A stretch of DNA of 64,000 bases from a candidate division FCPU426 bacterium. Lineage in GTDB: Bacteria; Oederibacteriota; Muellerivitia; Muellerivitales; Muellerivitaceae. A program made the position numbers and the translations under genes. The stretch spans positions 224,001-288,000 of the forward strand of contig CAVYSE010000003.1 in NCBI GenBank assembly GCA_963771075.1, read 5' to 3'. The notes beneath the pieces are model-generated. The model was not told the DNA's origin and did no database searches. It worked only from the letters and a program-made list of their open reading frames with translations. This document shows positions 20,032 through 30,200 of the stretch, one piece after another; position 1 is the first letter of the stretch, and the number at the start of each line of letters is the position of its first letter.

Positions 20032-21303
20032 ATGCTTTCCAAAATAATATTCTTTCAACTGTTTTGCCTCGCGGCCCTTTCGCTTCTTTGGGGCTGTTCC
20101 GGCTCAGGGAGCGTGGGTAAGGACCAAACCTTCCAGGAAATTGCCTTCCCGACACCCACCACCACAACCTTGCCTTCCCCCACACCAACGTCCATTACCC
20201 TTGCCGGCGAACCCACTCCCGCGGACACTCCCGAGCCCCTGGAATATGTGGTGGAAGAAGCCAAAGGGACCGTTCTTTTGGTACAAAACGGCAAGGCGCT
20301 ACCGGTGGCATTGGAGGAGGAAGAGACGGTTCAGGAGGGTGACGAGATCATCACAAAGGAAAACTCCCAAGCCACCCTTTCGTTGGATGAAAATACCCTT
20401 ATCCGCTTGGGGCCCGATAGTGATTTACGATTGACCAAGCTGGGACCCAATGAGACCAACGGTTTCATCAGCCGATTGGAATTGATCGGGGGGAAAATCC
20501 TGAGCGAGGTGGAAAACCTGACCGCCAGCCAGTCCACTTTCGAGGTCAACGCGGGAGGGGTCGTTTGCGGGGTCCGGGGCACGGCCTTTGAAGTATTGAA
20601 ACAAGGCCAGGAGGTCCACACCAGCACCTTCCACGGGCTGGTGGAAATGCGCAAGGGCCGTTTTATTCAGAAAATCAAGGCCAACCAACACCTGGCCTTT
20701 TCTTTCAAAAGAGGTTCCTTCCTGGGAAAGCGAACCTTGAATGAACAGGAAAAAGCCCGCTACTCGGATTGGAACCGTCATTTAGTTTCCTATAAACAAA
20801 AAGCTGTTGAACGAAAACAACTCCTGGAATCCTTGAACCGGCTCTCTCCCTTGGAAAAATCGAGGGTTCTCGATCAAATGCGGCAAGTACCTCACCGCCA
20901 ACGGCTCAAAGTCCTTAACCACACCCTTCATAAAAGGGCAACGACTTCCCGGGGTCAAGCCTTCGCGCCAAGCAAGCCTGTTCTTCATCCCAATCCAGGA
21001 CGAAAAACCCAAGTTCAAAAGTTAAAGGGTGAGACCCACACGAATCACTCAAAGGGAGCAGGTTTCAATCATCAAGCGGGGCGTCCAAAGGAAAGCTCAG
21101 CGGCCGGGAAAACCCAGGGGAACTCAATCGCGAAACGCCCAATGGCTCGGGCGCAACATCAACCCGGGCCCGCGCCCCCAAAAGGGGTGGTCGAGCCAAA
21201 ACAACGCAAACCCAAGAGAGAATTTCGGGTTCCTCGCCCAAATGGGGCTCACCCGAATAAGGCCAACGACCACAAGGAAAAGAAGCTAAAAGAAGATAAT
21301 TAA
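20032..21303 (+). CDS. FecR-domain lipoprotein with basic low-complexity C-terminus
   Basis: Lipobox LWGC, GDEI.T...A.L and CGVRGT.F FecR motifs, Lys/Arg/Gln-rich tail. Confidence 0.75.
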   Translation: MLSKIIFFQLFCLAALSLLWGCSGSGSVGKDQTFQEIAFPTPTTTTLPSPTPTSITLAGEPTPADTPEPLEYVVEEAKGTVLLVQNGKALPVALEEEETVQEGDEIITKENSQATLSLDENTLIRLGPDSDLRLTKLGPNETNGFISRLELIGGKILSEVENLTASQSTFEVNAGGVVCGVRGTAFEVLKQGQEVHTSTFHGLVEMRKGRFIQKIKANQHLAFSFKRGSFLGKRTLNEQEKARYSDWNRHLVSYKQKAVERKQLLESLNRLSPLEKSRVLDQMRQVPHRQRLKVLNHTLHKRATTSRGQAFAPSKPVLHPNPGRKTQVQKLKGETHTNHSKGAGFNHQAGRPKESSAAGKTQGNSIAKRPMARAQHQPGPAPPKGVVEPKQRKPKREFRVPRPNGAHPNKANDHKEKKLKEDN

Positions 21304-21310
21304 GAAACCC

Positions 21311-21676
21311 TTAAACCGGACTGGGAACCTTGATTCTTCTGGGTTTACGATGGACCACCGCCGGTTTTTCAGATGGGTCTTCTTGCGGTTTGGCGTCCAA
21401 TAGTTCGGTGACCTCTTTCAGATCCACGATTGGATGACTTTCCACATGGAAATGCTTGGAATCGAATAAAGCATTCAGAAAATTCTCCTGATCCAGCCAG
21501 TTGTCAGCTTGCATAATCAAAAACCCGCCCCGAGCGTCCGCCATCAATCCACCATCCACCAGCCGGCCCGATTTCTTCAAGGCATATAGGATGAACAACA
21601 TTTCATCACGAAGCCCAGGCTTCGCCGACTCATAAAGCGCCGAATCCAACTCTGGTATACGTACATAAAATCTCAT
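21311..21676 (-). CDS. Small YCII/muconolactone-isomerase-like (dimeric alpha-beta barrel) protein
   Basis: GGAGG RBS; SGRLVDGGLMADARGGFLIMQAD...VESHP pattern. Confidence 0.6.
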   Translation of the reverse strand: MRFYVRIPELDSALYESAKPGLRDEMLFILYALKKSGRLVDGGLMADARGGFLIMQADNWLDQENFLNALFDSKHFHVESHPIVDLKEVTELLDAKPQEDPSEKPAVVHRKPRRIKVPSPV

Positions 21677-22065
21677 AAAAACCTCCCCCGGAATAAATTC
21701 ATAAAATTTAAAAGTGGTTATGAAAAAGATGGCTTCTTCAGAAGCCTTAAAGCGGAGTTGCCTCCGCGGAGGGAGGAACCATTTCAGCGGTTCCTTTGGT
21801 TCAAATTTCTATTTAATAAAGGCAAATTGCATGCCGTTTATCCGTTTTTAAAACTATTGATACTTGTTTCAAGGTTTAAGGTTAATCTTAAACTTCCATT
21901 CAAAAATTCAAGTTTTCCGTTAAATCAAATTATTTTGACGGTTCTTCGACAAGTAGCGTGATTCACTCAAATTTTTAACCAATTATTTTTCATGCACTGT
22001 GGGATTTTTTTCATTACAGGTCGGTAAATCGCATATTTTTTGGCACTTTTTTCCCATTTCTGCTT

Positions 22066-23214
22066 TCACCCTTTTCCGACTTCCCATTTCCGAATCCATT
22101 GGTTGACAGGTTTTTCAAAAAATCGGTTCGAAATCCAAGCGACGAGGATAAGAGAAGCCATGAACAGGCTCAGATCCAATCCTATTCCCCGTTCTTGGAG
22201 AATGGGAGAGAGGATGTATAAAACGATCATGTGCAATAAATAAATTCCGTAACTTAGTTTTCCTGGGATAGCGAGGATCCGGATCAAAGGGCCCTGAAAA
22301 AATGGAAGGGCCAGTCCACCGAGCAGAAAAAGGCAAAGCCCGAATGACAAACAGGTCGGTGCCCAAACAAGATTCCAAGGGCGGTCCATGGACGTTCCAA
22401 GGTAAACAGAGGTAAGAACCACCATCCCTCCCACCACCAAACGCCAGGATTTACTTGGGTTAATCCGCAAGTATGTCCCCCACTTCAACCAGACCAAATA
22501 AAGGATGGAACCCCAGGCAATGCAATCAAATATGCCCGGAGTAGACATATAGCCCAATAAACGTCTTTCGGGATAAGCATAAGCGGCGTAGGCACGAAAG
22601 CCTGGGCCTACTAAACAAACCGTGATTAGAACAAGGGTCAATCGCTTTGTGTTTTTAAGGGACTTCAGTATCCATGGATAAAAAAGATAGAACTGCTCCT
22701 CGATGGAGAGAGACCAGAGCAGATCCCAATGGAATCCCGTGCCAAAAAACAAACCCTCTCCCAGCGCCCCCAACCAATTGAAAGTGAAGGTGAAAACCGA
22801 TAGCCAAAAGAGTGTGTTGAAAGCGTTCGGCATGGCAAAACCAACGATCCATCCCTTTTGGTTCAGGGGCGCCAAAGAATAAATGGCGAGGCCGATGGCG
22901 ATAGAAAGAAGAAAAAGCGGAACAATCCGGCCTAAACGCCGGACATAAAATCGGCGTGGAGAAGCCCCAAAAAGTCCGCCCGGCATTCGATCCAGTAGCC
23001 GTGTGATCAGAAAACCGGAAACCACGAAAAACAGAAATACGCCATAAACCCCGTTCCGGGCCAACGCAAGCCAAAATTGAAGGATCAAGGGGTTGGAGGG
23101 CGGCCTGACCAGCGTGGATAGGATCAAATGCATTTGAACCACGAGAAAGATCGCAAGGGTTCTCGCCAGGTCAATCACCGGCAGAATTTCATCCTTCTCG
23201 GGGGATAGGGCCAA
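22066..23214 (-). CDS. Acyltransferase family 3 (OafA-like O-acyltransferase)
   Basis: DL.R.LA, GV.LFFVVSGFLI, RR..RI.P, WSLSIEEQFY and SYGIYL.H. Confidence 0.9.
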   Translation of the reverse strand: MALSPEKDEILPVIDLARTLAIFLVVQMHLILSTLVRPPSNPLILQFWLALARNGVYGVFLFFVVSGFLITRLLDRMPGGLFGASPRRFYVRRLGRIVPLFLLSIAIGLAIYSLAPLNQKGWIVGFAMPNAFNTLFWLSVFTFTFNWLGALGEGLFFGTGFHWDLLWSLSIEEQFYLFYPWILKSLKNTKRLTLVLITVCLVGPGFRAYAAYAYPERRLLGYMSTPGIFDCIAWGSILYLVWLKWGTYLRINPSKSWRLVVGGMVVLTSVYLGTSMDRPWNLVWAPTCLSFGLCLFLLGGLALPFFQGPLIRILAIPGKLSYGIYLLHMIVLYILSPILQERGIGLDLSLFMASLILVAWISNRFFEKPVNQWIRKWEVGKG

Positions 23215-23340
23215 GGGGAACCTTTCTAAAATGGATCAACCTTTTTATTTAACATTATCCTTTCCCTTTTCGGAAGGTATTTTGTTCTCGGTGATTGTTC
23301 GACGCCTATCCGTGCCTGATTGTGCGAGAATAGGCGTGTC

Positions 23341-25800
23341 ATGAGCCCCAACCTGATTCCCCTTCCTGTGGATGCCCTACTTCCAAACCTTACCAAGGTT
23401 TTGGAATCTTTTCCAGCGGCCGTTTTGACCGCCGAACCAGGCGCGGGCAAAACCACAAGGGTCCCACCAGCGCTGCTTTCAACCCCTTTTTTGCGGGAAA
23501 AGGAAATCTGGGTCCTCCAGCCCCGCCGCGTCGCCGCCAAGATGGCCGCCCTGCGGGTATCCGATGAGTTGGGGCAACAACCGGGCCAACAGGTGGGCTA
23601 CCAGTTCCGTTTCGAAAAAAAGACCGGTCCGGGTACCCGTTTGATCTTCATGACGGATGGGATGCTGATCCCCCTGGCCCAATCCGATCCGTCCCTTTCT
23701 CGGGTCGGGGCGGTCATCCTGGATGAGTTCCACGAGCGAAGCCTGGCGTTGGACCTGGCGCTTGCCTGGCTTAAAAACTTGCAATTGACCCGCCGGCCTG
23801 ACCTGAAGATTATCGTTATGAGCGCCACCCTGGACACGGCCCCCGTCTCCCAATATTTTTCCGACTGCCCCATCCTGAGAAGCCCCGGCCGTGTCTTTCC
23901 GGTGACGGTGGAATACCATCCCTTTCCCGGCCAAGCGGACCCGTCCCAAAAGGTCCGGTCAGCGGTTAAGCTATTGGTGTCCCGGGGTTTGGCCGGAACT
24001 TTTTTGACCTTTCTGCCGGGATTGGGTGAGATCAAACGCGCCCTCCAAGCCCTCTCGGGGGAGGGTTGGGAGGTTCTTCCCCTCTACGGAGACCTGTCCC
24101 TGGAGGAACAGCAAAGGGCCCTCCAGCCTTCAATGGGGATCAAGATCATCCTCAGCACCAATTTGGCCGAGACTTCCCTTACGGTTCCCGGGGTTACGGC
24201 GGTCATTGACTTAGGGTTGAACCGACAGGCTCGGGTTTCGCCCTGGTCCGGCATGGAACGTCTGGTCACGGTTACGGCCAGCCAGGCTTCCGCCGCCCAA
24301 AGAGCCGGCCGGGCGGGGCGCCTGGCACCCGGGGTTTGTTTGAGACTCTTTACCCAGTTTGACTTTGAACACCGGGCCGCGTTCGACCTGCCCGAGATTT
24401 CCCGAAGCGATCTTTCCAAAACGATCCTGGATCTCAAGGGGCTGGGGGCAGGGGACTTGAATGGCTTCCCCTGGTTTTTATCCCCGCCTCCTGTCGCCCT
24501 AGAATCGGCTCAGGATCTATTGCGGGACCTAAGCGCCCTGGATTCCTCTAATACCCTGACCCCCCTGGGACGGCAAATGGGGCGACTTCCCCTTGCGGTC
24601 CGCTTAGCCAGGTTTCTTTTAGCGGTTCAGGAACTCGCGAAAGAAGACTCTTCCTCCATCCGATGGGCTTGCCGCCTGGCGGCGATGCTTCAGGAAGAGG
24701 AATCGGATTCGGTGGACCTAATGGAAGAATTAAAAAAATCAACCGGGGGCCATGAGTTCCAACGCCTGGAAGACCAGCTGGCCAATCTCATGAACGCCGG
24801 CCCCAAGCCTAAAGGATACCCCGATCAGACCACCCAAACCCTCTTGGCCCAGGGTCTGTTGAAGGCATTCCCCGACCGGGTTGCGAAGGTCCGGGAAAGC
24901 GCCGGATCCAAGTCCCGGGATAGGAAGGGAAATCAACGGGAACTGGTCCTTTCCCAGGGCGGCACCGTCACAGCTCCCGATGGGGCCCTGACCCGGTCCC
25001 ATGACCTTTTCGTGGTGGTCGAAGCCCAGGAATTCACCGATCGCTCCCAAACCTTGGCCAGGGCACGTGCCCTCTGTCCGATCCAGGAGGATTGGCTTTT
25101 GGATTTTTTCCCCGAAAGATTGCGCGAGGAAAAGGAATTGGAATGGAACACGCAGACCCATAGGGTGGAAGGTTACAAAAGACTTTTTTACCGGCAGTTG
25201 GTTTTGGAGGAGAAGCCGCTGGCCCCAAACGAGTTGGGGAGAGAGGGCCAGGAAATGCTTTACCAGGAAGCGCTAGCCGCAGGTCCCTCCGCCTATGCCG
25301 ACCCCGAGGAACTGGCAGCTTTCATGAACCGCCTCCGCTTCGCGGGAAAAAAAACGGGAAGACCGGATTTTCCACTGGAGGAGCAGGTTCGGGAGAAGCT
25401 TAAGGAACTGTGCGAGAACAGGCGAAGTTTTGAGGACCTAAGGTCGTCGGGCTTGGTTGAGGCCCTTCGTTCCAGCCTGTCCCCGAAGGAACAGGCTCTG
25501 CTGGAGAAACTGGCCCCCCCTTCTGTTGTACTTTCCTCGGGACGGAGAATGATGGTTCATTACGAGGAGGGCAAACCGCCCTGGGGCGAATCCCGCATCC
25601 AGGATTTTTTCGGAATGAGGCGGGGACCCCGCGTGGGGGAGGAGGCGGTTGTGCTTCATCTACTTTCACCGGCCAAACGGCCGGTACAGGTCACCAGCGA
25701 CCTGGCCGGTTTTTGGGAAAAACATTACCCGCAATTGAGGAAAGAACTCTCCCGTCGCTACCCTCGGCACAAATGGCCGGAAAACCCAATGGGAGTTTAA
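23341..25800 (+). CDS. hrpB: ATP-dependent RNA helicase HrpB
   Basis: GAGKTT, DEFH, MSAT and QRAGRAGR; C-terminal LLSPA.RPVQVT.DL..FW..YP..RKEL..RYPRH.WP. Confidence 0.95.
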   Translation: MSPNLIPLPVDALLPNLTKVLESFPAAVLTAEPGAGKTTRVPPALLSTPFLREKEIWVLQPRRVAAKMAALRVSDELGQQPGQQVGYQFRFEKKTGPGTRLIFMTDGMLIPLAQSDPSLSRVGAVILDEFHERSLALDLALAWLKNLQLTRRPDLKIIVMSATLDTAPVSQYFSDCPILRSPGRVFPVTVEYHPFPGQADPSQKVRSAVKLLVSRGLAGTFLTFLPGLGEIKRALQALSGEGWEVLPLYGDLSLEEQQRALQPSMGIKIILSTNLAETSLTVPGVTAVIDLGLNRQARVSPWSGMERLVTVTASQASAAQRAGRAGRLAPGVCLRLFTQFDFEHRAAFDLPEISRSDLSKTILDLKGLGAGDLNGFPWFLSPPPVALESAQDLLRDLSALDSSNTLTPLGRQMGRLPLAVRLARFLLAVQELAKEDSSSIRWACRLAAMLQEEESDSVDLMEELKKSTGGHEFQRLEDQLANLMNAGPKPKGYPDQTTQTLLAQGLLKAFPDRVAKVRESAGSKSRDRKGNQRELVLSQGGTVTAPDGALTRSHDLFVVVEAQEFTDRSQTLARARALCPIQEDWLLDFFPERLREEKELEWNTQTHRVEGYKRLFYRQLVLEEKPLAPNELGREGQEMLYQEALAAGPSAYADPEELAAFMNRLRFAGKKTGRPDFPLEEQVREKLKELCENRRSFEDLRSSGLVEALRSSLSPKEQALLEKLAPPSVVLSSGRRMMVHYEEGKPPWGESRIQDFFGMRRGPRVGEEAVVLHLLSPAKRPVQVTSDLAGFWEKHYPQLRKELSRRYPRHKWPENPMGV

Positions 25801-26519
25801 TAGCTTTTCATCCCCATGCCCGGACTCATGCCGCCCATGCCGGAATGTTCCGCTGGATTTTCATCCTTGGAGGAAACGGGCGTTTCCTTGACGATGGGTT
25901 TGGTGACGACTTCTTCCTGGCCGGTGGTTCCCAGGTTGCTGCCCAAAACGCCCTTGCCGTCGCAGGCGTAATAATGGTTGTCTTCCAAAAGGACCTGAAT
26001 TGGATTTTGTTTATCTTCCCCCTGCCACCACCAGGTTCCCTGGTCGTAATAAAGCCACCGATCAGCGAACCGATCATGGAACCAAAAGAGCCCGCCGCGG
26101 GAAAGGACCCAATGAAATTCCGGTCCCGTTCGCCATCCATACCAATCGTTGTCACCGTCCCGAAAATGGCAATACAGGGTGCCATTGATTTCATGCCAAT
26201 TGGCCTGTTGGGATTTGGTATCCAGTTTGTTGAATCCATCGATCAATGTCAGGGCGGCCGAATCAGCCAATTTGTCCATCAAAGAACCACGGGGAATATG
26301 ATCATCCGTATCCACATTAATGGCTTTTCCGGTCGGGCCCTTTTTGGGCGCTCGGGGAAGAACACGGTGGTCGCCGTCGCTTAATTTGACGTGGGGCTTT
26401 AACACCAGGGGAGTGGAAAAGGGGGTTGCCGTGGCCGTGGGAGAGTCCTCCTGGGCCCATCCGGTTCCGAAAAAAGCTAATAGGGATATGCTGAATAATC
26501 CCGCTTGGAAAAGTTTCAT
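25797..26519 (-). CDS. Secreted Trp-rich hypothetical protein (paralog of 5066..5791)
   Basis: GGAG RBS, signal peptide ending AQE, same Trp-rich core as 5066..5791. Confidence 0.8.
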   Translation of the reverse strand: MKLFQAGLFSISLLAFFGTGWAQEDSPTATATPFSTPLVLKPHVKLSDGDHRVLPRAPKKGPTGKAINVDTDDHIPRGSLMDKLADSAALTLIDGFNKLDTKSQQANWHEINGTLYCHFRDGDNDWYGWRTGPEFHWVLSRGGLFWFHDRFADRWLYYDQGTWWWQGEDKQNPIQVLLEDNHYYACDGKGVLGSNLGTTGQEEVVTKPIVKETPVSSKDENPAEHSGMGGMSPGMGMKSY

Positions 26520-26652
26520 CGTTTTAGTCTCCTGATTGACTTTGAAAAATGGCCGTTAAACGTGGGGCATTATGCCCTTCCGACCTTAAATAAAAAAGGC
26601 TTTGTTACCTATTGGACGGTTTGGGAGACCGATCGGTTCCCTTTGGGAATGA

Positions 26653-26886
26653 TCAAAAAAGGTGAAGATAGAATAGGAAACCAAAGACTAATAGCGCTAT
26701 CACAACCCAGGCCGTAATCCCAATCCATGGTTGGGGTTTGGAAAGCAACCCCTGTGAAGGTCCGATCGTTTCCCCTGTTTCCTCGGCTTCCCAGGCATCC
26801 GGCACCTTCCAACCACACTGGGGACAGGGTGCCCAGTCATAGGGCATTTCGGCGCCACATTCCAGGCAAACACTCTCCGACATCAT
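26653..26886 (-). CDS. Small zinc-ribbon membrane protein
   Basis: AAGGAG RBS; CxxC-x9-CPxCG and a C-terminal transmembrane helix. Confidence 0.75.
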   Translation of the reverse strand: MMSESVCLECGAEMPYDWAPCPQCGWKVPDAWEAEETGETIGPSQGLLSKPQPWIGITAWVVIALLVFGFLFYLHLF

Positions 26887-26921
26887 TACTCCTTTATTAA
26901 GAGACTATAACAAAACCTAAT

Positions 26922-27037
26922 TTCACCACAGGCCGCCTTTGGCGGCCACAGAGGCACAGAGAAAAACCTTTCTAAACTCAAGGAATCTTAAACCAATTGT
27001 CCGGGTTTACTCTGTGTCTCCGTGTCTCTGTGGTAAA
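26922..27037. repeat. CACAGAG-type REP-like inverted repeat with an inserted GC palindrome
   Basis: Left arm ACCACAG[GCCGCCTTTGGCGGCCACAG]AGGCACAGAG; right arm CTCTGTGTCTCCGTGTCTCTGTGGT. Confidence 0.7.
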
Positions 27038-27233
27038 GATTGGGTTTTGTTAGAGATTCTAAGTCTGGAATCGGCGCGGTATGAAATTGTTCTTTTTTAC
27101 CCTTAAACCAATATAAATCCAATCCATTGAGTTTTTAATCTTTTCAGTGACTCGAAAAGGCCGAAAATAATAAAGAACGATACAATATTGAAATCATTTC
27201 CTGGCATGGATGGTGATTTTCAAGCCATAAATT

Positions 27234-30200
27234 TTGAAGGGGAGGCGTCCCACGTTATCTCAAATTCAAATCCAAGTTCACCGTTCAGTTATTCTGATGG
27301 TTCTCATGCTTTGGGTAGGTTTGATCCCTTCTCTCTTCGCCCAAAATATTGCCTTTGTCACCACCAATGCGGGGGACGAAAGCGTCACGACCTTCGGCGG
27401 TTCCCTGGGTTATGCCGTCACCGCCTTAAACGCAACCGGAAATATCGGCAATATCGATTTCTTTTCCCCAAATCTTTCCATCACTCTCACCCAATCCTTA
27501 CCGGCCCTGACCGAAAGTGTTTCCTTTATTGGTACCAGCCCGACGATCATAGGCCAAACGGGCGCCCCCGCCCAGCTCCTGTTCCAAGATTCATTTATCC
27601 TTACGACCGGGCTCACCTTGGAGACCCTTGCTTCCCCCGTCACGGGGTATGACGCGTCAGTCACAGCCTCAAACTGGGACATCACGTCGGGAAACTTTTT
27701 AAACCTCAACTCCGGCGCGGGAAACGACCTGACCACGATCGGAGGAAACGCCGTAACTGGATATAGCGGTGGTACCGCGGCAGTGACCGTGAACACCTGG
27801 AGCTTGGATTCCTCCGCGGGAGTGGTGGTCAATGGGGGAAACGGTGGTTCGCTGACCGATACCAGTGGTTCAGGCGATCAGGGAGGTTATGGCGGCAACG
27901 CTCTTTTGACCGGAAATTCCATCACCCTGAACGGGGCATCCATTTTCCAGATAACGGGTGGCCGGGGTGGAACCGCTGCCGACAACGGCACGGGGACTCC
28001 CACCGGGGGTTTGGGTGGAACGAGTTCTATCGCGTTCACTTCCGTGGGGGACAACGGTTCCGCCATGTACATCAACGGTGGGCAGGGTGGCCTTGGCTCT
28101 ATGGGCGGGGATGGGGGGGCCGTTTCCCTCACCTTTAATTCCCTTACAGGAACCGGGGGCGCGATTATCCAATTGACGGGGGGAAACGGTGGAGCGGGAG
28201 CTTTCTCCGCGGGCAATGGAGGCATTGCCCTAGTCCAGGGTTCTTCCGCCACATTCACCGGATCTAATTTTTATTTAAAGGGAGGAAATGGGGGTGACTT
28301 GACCTCATCCACTGGGCCCTCCCCCGCATTGGGTGGCAATGGCGGAGACGCAGAATTAAACCTGTCATCCCTATCCTTGGACTCGTCCTCTTATGCGAGT
28401 CTCACGGGCGGCAATGGGGGTATCGGTGGTTCGCAGAATAGCGTGGGCCAGGGGGGCAATGGCGGCAATGTGGTCATGAATGTCGGTTCCATGACAACCA
28501 GCAACAACATGACCTTTTACATATCGGGTGGAACGGGCGGCGCGGATGGTAATAACGCCTCCAACGGAAACGGTGGCGCGGGAGGAAGCGCTTGGGTGAC
28601 CCTTTCCAGCCTGACCCTCGGCTTAAACTCGAATTTCAACGTCAATGCAGGCATGGGGGGGGCGGGAAGCCCCGGCGGGTCCAGCGGAGCCAACGGAACT
28701 TGCTCAGTGGCCATCACCAACCTTTACGGGAGTGGAAATATCAATTTAACCCCCGCTAACAACGGAACCCTTTGGCTCAACAGCGGGCTTTTCTCCGGCA
28801 ATATCGCAACCGCGAATCTCATTCAAAACTCGGGTTCCATCACCCTTGACGGGGCCACCAACCTTTCCTCCGGCGCCACCTTTTCAGGAAGCCTCTATGG
28901 TAGCGGCACGATCAGCACCACCACCGCGAGCGGAACGGTTCAAGTGGGCAATGGGCTTTACACGGGCAATCTGAATGCTGGAAATTTTTTAGTCTCAAGT
29001 TCGAATTTTTTCACCCTGAACGGAACCGCCAATGTATCCACAGGAGCCATCTTGAACGGATTCCTCATTTTGGGAAACTTAGGAGGTAATGGCGTCCTTC
29101 AAGGCTCCGTTAGCGTAGCGCAAGGAGGCGGGCTAATAGGTTACGGCACAGGAAGTACAGTCAATGGAACTGTCATCAATTCAGGATTAGTTGCTTGCGC
29201 CTATTTACCTATGACGGTTACCCAATTCATCCAAAACCCAGTTGGCACCCTTAATATCCCCATTGGCCCAAATAACATGTCCGGTTTATTACGGATCGCC
29301 AATGGCGCTCAATTAAACGGAGATCTCAACCCGAGTTATGCCGGGGGCAATTACGGTTTCCGGGATCAGTATCAAATCATATCTGGCGCTCCTGTCACGG
29401 GAACCTTTTCCCAAGTGCAAATATTCGTACCCGATATGGGCGGAACAGTCCTTTACGGCGCCGATGCGGTTACCCTCGTTTTAATTCAAGACCACACACC
29501 TTTTGGCTCCTACGCAATAAATACAAATGAAATGTCGGTGGGTTCCGCCTTGGAAGCATCTTTGCCAACCTGCTCCGATGCCTTTCTCGCCAAGGCCATT
29601 GAGTTAAACAACCTTCCCTCCGGACAGGCGACCGCCTTAAACCAAATGGGCGGGGTGGTTTACACCGCCCTACCGGAAGCCCTGATCGACCAAGTCCAAT
29701 TCGAGGATGGTTTGATCTTCAACCACCTGGGAACAGGCGCTTCGGCGTCTCCCAACCTGGCCCGGCTATCACTTTTGGGAAATTCATTGGGAGGATATGC
29801 TTCTTCCTCCTCGACACCCGGCTCCCAAACAATGGCCTCTTCCTCATCCGTTTCCCCCGGAGGATTTTGGCTGGAAACCGCCGACAGTTTCGGGTCTTCC
29901 AACGCGACCTCACAGGTATCTGGCTTCAACCTCTCCAACTTCGGGTTCATCGGCGGCTACGATTGGTACCTGGACCCCGCTTGGACCCTGGGGCTTTTGG
30001 GCGGATATCTTCAAACCGGCGTAAACCCGGCCGACGGTTCCGCAACGGCTAATATTTCCGGCACCCAATTCGGCCTCTACGGCAAGGGGACCTTCGACAA
30101 CTTCGACGTCGCGCTCCTGGGTGGCTATGTGGCGGACCAGTTCAACGTGTCTCGTACGGTGGTTTTAGGTTCGGACGTTAACAACCTCAACGGTTCCTAT

